Below, one piece after another: positions 57,076 to 64,000 of a DNA stretch of 64,000 nucleotides. The DNA is from a virus (taxonomy: Duplodnaviria; Heunggongvirae; Uroviricota; Caudoviricetes; Herelleviridae), in IMG/VR virus record IMGVR_UViG_3300030514_000001, positions 64,001 through 128,000 of that record; one strand, 5' to 3'. Made by a program: the position numbers and the translations under genes. A model generated the notes under the pieces. That model saw only the letters and a list, made by a program, of their open reading frames with translations, was not told the DNA's origin and made no database searches. Position 1 is the first letter of the stretch, and each line of letters starts with the position of its first letter.

Positions 57076-58785
57076 ATGGCAGTTTCATATGGTTTCAACA
57101 GAAAACGTCCACGTACCGAAGTATTCTTGGACTCAACAGCTTTAGGTTCTGCTAACGCTCAAAGTGAAAAACCAATTATCATTCTTGGTTCAGCTTTAGA
57201 TGGTAAACCTAACGAACCAGTAGAATTAACAAACTTAGCGCAAGCTCGTACCGCTTTCCGTGGTGGTGAGTTAGTAGACGCTATCGAGATGGCTTGGAAC
57301 CCAGCATTAAACCTTAACGGTGCAGGTAAAATCTACGCTGTACGTACTGACGATGCAAAACAAGCTTCATTAACAAATCTTGGGTTGAAATTCACATCTA
57401 ACGTATATGGCGTAGATGCAAACAACATCCAAATCACGTTAACAGATAACGCTTTAACGAAGTCTAAACGATTCACTGTTTACTTCACAAAAGAGAGTTA
57501 CGAAAAAACATACGATAACATCGGTAACATTTTCGACCTTACATACACAGGCGCACAGAAAGCTAACGTAGAGGTTACTGTAGATGCTGCTACTAAACTA
57601 GCTACTAAACTTATTTTAAAAGTAGGTGCAGACACAGCTTCATTAGCAGTAGTTAAATCTTACGAATTAGGTACAGGAATCTTTGAGGACGTTAATGCGC
57701 TTATCAATGACATCAACAACCTACCAGACTTCAAAGCTAGTATGAGCGGTCTAGGAGGCTATAAGAACGTTAAAACACAATACTTCGACGTTATGGCTGC
57801 TAAAGACTTAACAAAAGACAAAGCGGAGCCAATCAAAGCTATCGCTGCTGACTTAGCTAATGCATTAGCTTCTGACCGTTACGTAAGTGTTGAGGTAGAT
57901 TTCACTAAAGGTATCCCAGCTTCAATCCCAGTAACTAGTTTATCTGGTGGTTCAACAGGTGCTTCTCCTACTTCTTGGGCTGACATGTTCCTTAAGGTAG
58001 CAGACGTTGGTGGTTACTACATCGTACCATTAACAGCTAGTGAAGCTATCCATGCAGAGCTTTCTCACTTCTTACGTACAGAATCTAACGCTGGTAACCA
58101 GTTACGCGGATTCGTTGGTGGAGGTTTCGATGAAACATTCGAAAGTCTTAAATCACGTCAAGCGAATATCCGTAACGCTCGTATCGCTCTTGTCGGTGAC
58201 GATGTAGTTCGTCGTATGGCGGATGGTCGAGTTTACAAAGCTCCGGGTTACATGTACGCAGCGCAAATCGCAGGTTTAGCAAGTGGACTAGCTGTAGGTG
58301 AACCAGTTACTTACAAGAAAATGAACATCGAGTCATTAGGTAAGAAATACATCGGTGAACAGTTAGACCAATTGGATGCATCAGGAGTAGTAATGACAGA
58401 GTTCGTTCGTAACCGTAAAGGTTCAACTTACCGTGTTGTTTCTGACCCGACTACATACAACCGTATTGATGAGCCTGTACAAAACCGTATCTCTTTAGGA
58501 GAGGTTTCTGACTTCTTAACTACAGAGTTACGTACTGTACTTGATGAAGAATTTATTGGAACACGTATCCGTAACACTTCTGCATCTATCATCAAGAACC
58601 GTATCGAGTCATTCTTAGATGTCCAAAAGAACGTAGATGGCTTAATCGTTAACTATAGCCCAGAAGACATCCAAGTAGTTATCAATGGTAACACAGCAAT
58701 CATCAACATCGCTGTACAACCAACACAAGGCTTAGACTACATCAACGTGTATCTGTCTTACAAAGATAACCACTTGTCAGCATAA
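57076..58785 (+). CDS. tail sheath protein
   Basis: RP.TEVF.DS, FRGGEL.DAIE.AW, SLGEVSDFL..ELR..LD..FIG. Confidence 0.95.
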   Translation: MAVSYGFNRKRPRTEVFLDSTALGSANAQSEKPIIILGSALDGKPNEPVELTNLAQARTAFRGGELVDAIEMAWNPALNLNGAGKIYAVRTDDAKQASLTNLGLKFTSNVYGVDANNIQITLTDNALTKSKRFTVYFTKESYEKTYDNIGNIFDLTYTGAQKANVEVTVDAATKLATKLILKVGADTASLAVVKSYELGTGIFEDVNALINDINNLPDFKASMSGLGGYKNVKTQYFDVMAAKDLTKDKAEPIKAIAADLANALASDRYVSVEVDFTKGIPASIPVTSLSGGSTGASPTSWADMFLKVADVGGYYIVPLTASEAIHAELSHFLRTESNAGNQLRGFVGGGFDETFESLKSRQANIRNARIALVGDDVVRRMADGRVYKAPGYMYAAQIAGLASGLAVGEPVTYKKMNIESLGKKYIGEQLDQLDASGVVMTEFVRNRKGSTYRVVSDPTTYNRIDEPVQNRISLGEVSDFLTTELRTVLDEEFIGTRIRNTSASIIKNRIESFLDVQKNVDGLIVNYSPEDIQVVINGNTAIINIAVQPTQGLDYINVYLSYKDNHLSA

Positions 58786-58869
58786 TCGGAGGTGTAACGT
58801 AATTTCCAATAGTTGAGGAAAAAACGTTACACCCTCTACTAAAATTTAATAATAGGAGTGAATGAATAT

Positions 58870-59298
58870 ATGGCAAGTTTAGCTAACCAAACTGTCCAAT
58901 CGGCAAATACCGTGTACTTCATGATTAAGAACGTTCCGATTGCCCGCGCTCAATCTATCAGCTCTGAACGTTCATTCGGTACTCAAGGTGTTTACCAAAT
59001 TGGTTCAATCATGCCACAGGAACACGTATACTTACGTTACGAAGGTTCTGTAACGGTAGAACGTTTCCGAATGAAGAAAGAGAACTTAGCTTCTCTCGGA
59101 TTCGCAGCACTAGGCGAAGAAGTTTTACAAATGGATATCATGGACATTGTACTATATGATAACTTGACACAAGAAGTAGTAATCGCGTATCGTGGTTGCT
59201 CTATCGATAGCTACAATGAAAGCGTTAACGTTGGTGAAATCAGTTCAGAGACAGCTCGTTTCTACTTCCTAACTTCTGCTAACGTTCGTAGCGCATAA
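58870..59298 (+). CDS. tail tube protein
   Basis: MASLANQTV...RSFGT.GVYQIGSIMPQEHVYL. Confidence 0.92.
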   Translation: MASLANQTVQSANTVYFMIKNVPIARAQSISSERSFGTQGVYQIGSIMPQEHVYLRYEGSVTVERFRMKKENLASLGFAALGEEVLQMDIMDIVLYDNLTQEVVIAYRGCSIDSYNESVNVGEISSETARFYFLTSANVRSA

Positions 59299-59303
59299 CA
59301 AAT

Positions 59304-59334
59304 AAGGGGACTATTAATTTAGTCTCCTTTTTTT
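59304..59334 (+). terminator. intrinsic terminator
   Basis: AAGGGGACTA/TAGTCTCCTT plus T tract. Confidence 0.8.
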
Positions 59335-59366
59335 AAATCATAATAATAGAGGAAGTCGGTGATTTT

Positions 59367-61520
59367 GTGGCTGGTGTATCTCCGCGTTCAATTTTTACGG
59401 CTGTCTATGAAAGAGGACTCAATCTAAGAGACTTTGCCCCTTTCACAAGATATGATGATGCTAGTAGTGGATTCGAAGAAGCATTCGAGAAAATGGAAAA
59501 GTCAGGCATTAAAACCATGTATGTTCCGGGAGATACATATAACGTATCGAAAACAATTGTAGTACCAAGAGGTGTACAACTAGTCTTCGCACCAAACGCC
59601 ATTATAAAACCTCAAAACAATATTAACATATTTCAAATGAAACCTTTAGCTTCTGTAGAAGGAGCTACAATCGATTTAAAATCTTTCCCCTCTTATGATA
59701 AAGCGTGTTTCTATTTCAACGCAGCAGATATATTTCAATTCTACGAACAAAGTCATGTACTAAAAGATATAAATATCATGGGTGTCCAGAAGTCTTCCGG
59801 TTGGCTGGGTACAGGAATACTCATGGAAGCAAACACACCTGATTCATACATAGATAATGTTAAATGTAATAATATAACAATGACGAATATCGGTAAAGGT
59901 ATTCACTTACGCGTAGACCCATCTATTACAGATAGTAATCATCCTTCATGGGTGAACGCTAACCAGTTCCACCAAATAACAATCATGAACTTTGATTACG
60001 GTATCTATTTAGAAGGACATAACAGTATACCTCGTGATGTTGGCGGCAACTTATTTAGTCAATTACAACTACAAGCAGAAGCAGGTTCTAAGCGCATGAT
60101 TTACTGTGAATCAGCATTGAATCATTTCGACGGGTTCTTTTGGGATTTACATAAGATGCAAGTTACAAACCCTGCATTCGAATTTACAAAAACATCCAAG
60201 TTCAACGAAGTAAAATCAGCTATGGCTCAAGAGCTAACAGAGTCATGGGTAGATGACGGATACTTAAACTCATTCCCTAGTCCAAACAACTATGTGTCAG
60301 ATAAACGTATTAACGCATTCCCTGTCTCTATTCCGTACACTCCTAACTTCTTAGGGAATCAAGATGACTGGATGGTAAACGGAGATAAGCGCGGATTCAC
60401 TATCACACAAACATCTACACATCCAATTATATCTGGAGAACTAACAGACCTATTATCATTCGACACAGAAGCCGGAGTTACATTTAATATGTCCAATGTA
60501 ACATATGAAAATCCTGTTGTTTTAGAAATAGACTTATCTACAGACCCATGTTGGTATGCATCATTCCTTACAGCCGTTTCACCGTGGGGATTCCAACCAA
60601 AAGGATACGAGTTAGACATGTTTGATATCGTATCAAATAAATGGATGGGTGGCGTACACTGGACAAAGAACAACAAGTCACAGAGTCACGCCGTATCAGC
60701 ACCGTGGGCGGGAGCAGATAAATGTACAAAGGTTAGAATTAAATTCTGGGGTAATAATAAAGTAGATGACCCTAAGAAACCGTCACCTATACCTGTAGCT
60801 ACTATATCTAGAATCATGATGACAAGTACAAAAGATGGTGGACGCGCATATATGCCATACACAGCTACACCTACGTTACCACCACCAGATATCACACCTA
60901 TACTACCAGCAGATAAAACAATGGTAGGTGACCAAGACGATATCCTAGTACAAGCAGATAAACGTTACACAGTCGCTTCAATAGGCGCAGCTAAGACAGG
61001 CGGTAATATATTCGGTATGTTCTCTCTTCGTAAAGAACAGTTCTGTAGATGGACAAACCCAACGCTAGCAGCACCAATCATTATAGAGATAGATCTCGGA
61101 GCTAAACCAATACCATACATGGAATCTGTAGGTATAGCGTTTGGTCAAGGCGAGACTCCTACCAATGTAAAAATAGAACGTGTAACTGCTAGTGGTGGCT
61201 CATACGTACAACTTACAAACCAAGCAGGGTTAAAAACACCTTCATTACACGTAGCTTCCAGAGCTGCACAAACGTATAAACTTAAATTCACAATCTGGGG
61301 CGCTAACAATGTAAACACGCTTGTTCGTGTCAATCGTATCTTCGGTACAACTGGGGATGGGTACCCAGTCGCGTTCGTTAATACAGAGAGTGATAACACT
61401 GTATATGGTGACTTATCCTTCGGTGATACAGCAAAAGGTATCGTACTTCGTTCACCGGACGGTAGCAACTGGAAGATGAGCATAGGTAACGATGGAGTAC
61501 AAAAATGGACAAAAATTTAG
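59367..61520 (+). CDS. tail-associated beta-helix (pectate-lyase-like) protein with two repeated beta-sandwich domains
   Basis: DFA...DDASS.F..A...MYVPG.TY start; duplicated G(N/D)QDD..V..DKR...EIDL...WG units; C-terminal LRSPDG..W...IGNDG. Confidence 0.75.
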   Translation: MAGVSPRSIFTAVYERGLNLRDFAPFTRYDDASSGFEEAFEKMEKSGIKTMYVPGDTYNVSKTIVVPRGVQLVFAPNAIIKPQNNINIFQMKPLASVEGATIDLKSFPSYDKACFYFNAADIFQFYEQSHVLKDINIMGVQKSSGWLGTGILMEANTPDSYIDNVKCNNITMTNIGKGIHLRVDPSITDSNHPSWVNANQFHQITIMNFDYGIYLEGHNSIPRDVGGNLFSQLQLQAEAGSKRMIYCESALNHFDGFFWDLHKMQVTNPAFEFTKTSKFNEVKSAMAQELTESWVDDGYLNSFPSPNNYVSDKRINAFPVSIPYTPNFLGNQDDWMVNGDKRGFTITQTSTHPIISGELTDLLSFDTEAGVTFNMSNVTYENPVVLEIDLSTDPCWYASFLTAVSPWGFQPKGYELDMFDIVSNKWMGGVHWTKNNKSQSHAVSAPWAGADKCTKVRIKFWGNNKVDDPKKPSPIPVATISRIMMTSTKDGGRAYMPYTATPTLPPPDITPILPADKTMVGDQDDILVQADKRYTVASIGAAKTGGNIFGMFSLRKEQFCRWTNPTLAAPIIIEIDLGAKPIPYMESVGIAFGQGETPTNVKIERVTASGGSYVQLTNQAGLKTPSLHVASRAAQTYKLKFTIWGANNVNTLVRVNRIFGTTGDGYPVAFVNTESDNTVYGDLSFGDTAKGIVLRSPDGSNWKMSIGNDGVQKWTKI

Positions 61521-61544
61521 GGGCTATAATTAGTCTCTTTTTTT
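61519..61544 (+). terminator. intrinsic terminator
   Basis: AGGGGCTA/TAGTCTCT plus T tract. Confidence 0.75.
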
Positions 61545-61594
61545 ATTGACATTTTTTAGTTGGCATGTATACTAAAAGTAAAGGAGGAGAAAAT

Positions 61595-61873
61595 ATGAAG
61601 AAGCCAACTAAGTTAGTTAAGTATATCGCGGACAACCTGTTGCCAAGCAATGCGAAAATTACATACTTCGATAGTGGGATTATCTACTTAGAAGATGGTT
61701 GGGGATGTGAGTTCGTTATAAAGGTAGTAACAACACCGAACACTATTAGAGCATTTCTATACCATTGTGACTACACTAACGATGATGAGGGATACCTAGA
61801 ACAACATGAAACATACATCAAAGGAATGACGTTTACAATTACACAAATTAAGGAGGAATTGAAACATGTATAA
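61595..61873 (+). CDS. hypothetical protein
   Basis: TTGACA...TATACT promoter at 61546; AGGAGG SD before MKKPT. Confidence 0.75.
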   Translation: MKKPTKLVKYIADNLLPSNAKITYFDSGIIYLEDGWGCEFVIKVVTTPNTIRAFLYHCDYTNDDEGYLEQHETYIKGMTFTITQIKEELKHV

Positions 61874-62321
61874 AAAGTTAGGGATTGACAAAACAAAAGT
61901 AAACTTAGAAACCGTTACACTTCGGGGACTGGACAGTTGGTATCAAGATTATCAAGATGCGTTAGCAGAGATGCATAAGAAAAGACTAGAGTATCAGAAC
62001 ACTAAATTCGAACTATGGCTAGATAGAATACTTAGAGATTACAGTTACGCGTTCATAAAATATAATTACAATGTGGCTAAAGAGAATGGGGAGAATCGGA
62101 TTGTAGAAGTGGGGGATGAAGGTGAATTTAGTGTACTAGAAGTATTTTCCGAGTATCCGGGATACAAGATAGAACTATTAGCTCGAACTACAGGAGTCGG
62201 TGTATATGGAAATGACTGGATTATGCTAGAATGGAAGATACTCGATATGGGGTTATTTAGAAAAGAAGGGGTAGACTTTATTAATCTAGGTTTACCAGCG
62301 TGGGCGAAGTACATGGAATAA
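61866..62321 (+). CDS. hypothetical protein
   Basis: SD; terminator 62320-62344. Confidence 0.8.
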   Translation: MYKKLGIDKTKVNLETVTLRGLDSWYQDYQDALAEMHKKRLEYQNTKFELWLDRILRDYSYAFIKYNYNVAKENGENRIVEVGDEGEFSVLEVFSEYPGYKIELLARTTGVGVYGNDWIMLEWKILDMGLFRKEGVDFINLGLPAWAKYME

Positions 62322-62471
62322 GCTATCATAATTGGTAGCTTTTTTCTTTTTGTTTACTAACGGTTTATTACAATACTATTACATTTCCTTTACATCCAAT
62401 GATTTCCTGTATGTTTGTGTTACATTAAGAAGTATAAGCAATACAAATATAATGTAGAGGAGAACGAATTA

Positions 62472-63086
62472 ATGAAAACATTAAGGAATATCGTAACAAC
62501 ATTAGCAATCGGTACAGGAATCTTGTTTGTAGGAGGTCACAGCGCACAAGCTAGTGAGACAAGCGTAGTAGATTACTTATACCAGAAAGGCGAAGACCAT
62601 AGTTTCTCTAACCGCAGTCAACTAGCTTCTGATTATGGAATTGGTAATTACACAGGAACAGCAGAACAAAATATTAATCTATTATCTTTACTAAAAGGTA
62701 ACACACAAGAAGTCGTACATACGCAAGCTCCGGTTCAAGCAGAACCTAAGAAAGAAACAGTAGTTCAAAAGCCATCAGGTAAAACACTTACAGTTGTGGC
62801 TACTGCATACACAGCAGACCCAGCAGAGAATGGCGGTACATATGGTGGAGTAGTTAAAACAGCAATGGGTCATAACTTATCAGCAAACCCTAGCATGAAA
62901 ATGGTTGCAGTTGACCCTAGAGTAATTCCACTTGGCTCTCGTATCTATGTTGAAGGTTACGGAGAAGCAATCGCAGGAGATACAGGTGGTGCAATCAAAG
63001 GTAATCGTATCGATGTATTGATGCCAAACAAAAAGGTTTCTAGTGACTGGGGAAGAAAAACAGTACAAGTTACAATCCTAAATTAA
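62472..63086 (+). CDS. secreted 3D-domain cell-wall protein (YocH-like C-terminus)
   Basis: signal peptide AQA, ATAY, VAVDPRVIPLGS, DTGGAIKGNRIDV, WGRK. Confidence 0.9.
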   Translation: MKTLRNIVTTLAIGTGILFVGGHSAQASETSVVDYLYQKGEDHSFSNRSQLASDYGIGNYTGTAEQNINLLSLLKGNTQEVVHTQAPVQAEPKKETVVQKPSGKTLTVVATAYTADPAENGGTYGGVVKTAMGHNLSANPSMKMVAVDPRVIPLGSRIYVEGYGEAIAGDTGGAIKGNRIDVLMPNKKVSSDWGRKTVQVTILN

Positions 63087-63098
63087 TAGACCGTTAAG

Positions 63099-63130
63099 TA
63101 GACACGATTATTTTTCGTGTCTATTTTTTT
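63099..63130 (+). terminator. intrinsic terminator
   Basis: TAGACACGA/TCGTGTCTA plus T tract. Confidence 0.85.
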
Positions 63131-63199
63131 ATTTTCTTGTTGACTTTTGGGAAATGTCTAATTATACTAAGGTTATCAAATGACAAGGAGATGCATAAA

Positions 63200-63880
63200 A
63201 TGACATCAACATTTACAGAAAGACAAGCTATAGAAAGAATGATGAATTATATCGAAGAGGAGCGCGCTCGTTTATACACAGAGTACGTAAAGAACTTAGA
63301 TAGATTAAGAGAGTTAGATGAAATCGATAGAATGAGCGAACAAGCTGCTACAGTAGATAAAGTTATGGCAGAGGCTTACGAAAGACCAATGGTTCCACAA
63401 GAAATGGTAGAAGAGGCTAACAAATCTGCAAGAGAAGAATTTAAAAAAATCGTCCCAGAAATGATGGACGAGCTAAAAGTTCTAATAGATAACATGAAAA
63501 AAGAAGGTATAACAATTGCAGACCCAACGCAACCTACAAACTTATGCAACGAAATTAAGCAACCGGAGTTACCTCCATATCAACCAGAACCTAAAGTGGA
63601 CAAGCCTAAAGAAAAACCTTCTGCTGGTCTTGAGCCTGATAAATTAGAAATGAGAAAGACACTTATGAGAGGTTCAATGAATGACAACAAAGTTGTTTCT
63701 CAATTCGCTAAAGTAATTCTTAAAGAGCATGTAGAACCAATGAAATCTAAAGACTTGATTAAAGCTTTAAATGATGCAGGAATCCAAATGAACCACCCAC
63801 ACGAAACATTACGACAAATCAAGATGCACGAGCCAACGATTCAAAGTGCAGGTTATGGTTTATACCAGTATGTTAAGTAA
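63200..63880 (+). CDS. hypothetical protein, possible C-terminal winged-helix
   Basis: TTGACT promoter at ~63140; ILKEH.EPMKSKDL...GYGLYQY. Confidence 0.75.
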   Translation: MTSTFTERQAIERMMNYIEEERARLYTEYVKNLDRLRELDEIDRMSEQAATVDKVMAEAYERPMVPQEMVEEANKSAREEFKKIVPEMMDELKVLIDNMKKEGITIADPTQPTNLCNEIKQPELPPYQPEPKVDKPKEKPSAGLEPDKLEMRKTLMRGSMNDNKVVSQFAKVILKEHVEPMKSKDLIKALNDAGIQMNHPHETLRQIKMHEPTIQSAGYGLYQYVK

Positions 63881-64000
63881 TTTACTAGAGGGCTATCCAA
63901 CAAGTGGGTAGTCCTTTTTATGTTATAATAGATATATAGGGAAAAGCAAGTGCTATATTATTAATAGATAACTTAGGAGGCAAATAAATATGACAAATTT

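Noticed and set aside
2290..63068. Opposite-strand or nested ORFs in the track (e.g. 3429-3695, 20738-21166, 36484-36672, 50584-50928, 51002-51454, 61145-61483)
   Set aside because: Shadows of real genes: no SD and low-complexity antisense translations

Overview
This is a 64-kb segment of a lytic Bacillus cereus-group myophage (Herelleviridae, Bastillevirinae-like; the endolysin is LysB4-like). Layout: 1-6.9 kb, + strand small genes including an Rnl2-type RNA ligase. 7.2-18.5 kb, an AT-rich early/host-takeover region built from about 15 near-identical promoter-RBS repeats that bracket one- to few-gene cassettes, with a ~1-kb non-coding block at 16.6-17.6 kb. 18.8-44.5 kb, a - strand arm with many small ORFs, DHFR, HNH endonuclease, dNMP kinase, ThyA, PcfJ-like, PhoH, endolysin and terminase. 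46.6-47.5 kb, a second non-coding AT-rich block. 47.6-64 kb, the + strand head-neck-tail module, a beta-helix tail-associated protein and a 3D-domain protein. Best observations: (1) a motif-complete pistol self-cleaving ribozyme at 9577-9644; (2) immediately downstream, a T7 Ocr-like DNA-mimic domain fused to a second domain; (3) a freestanding HNH gene that split dfr, left the old 13-codon N-terminus upstream and carries a recoded replacement N-terminus; (4) a candidate sRNA whose three loops all expose anti-Shine-Dalgarno sequences, plus a similar hairpin in the capsid leader; (5) the promoter-repeat cassette array; (6) a four-member MTRHTR paralog family. All calls were made by eye and from recalled motifs; no database searches or folding programs were run.
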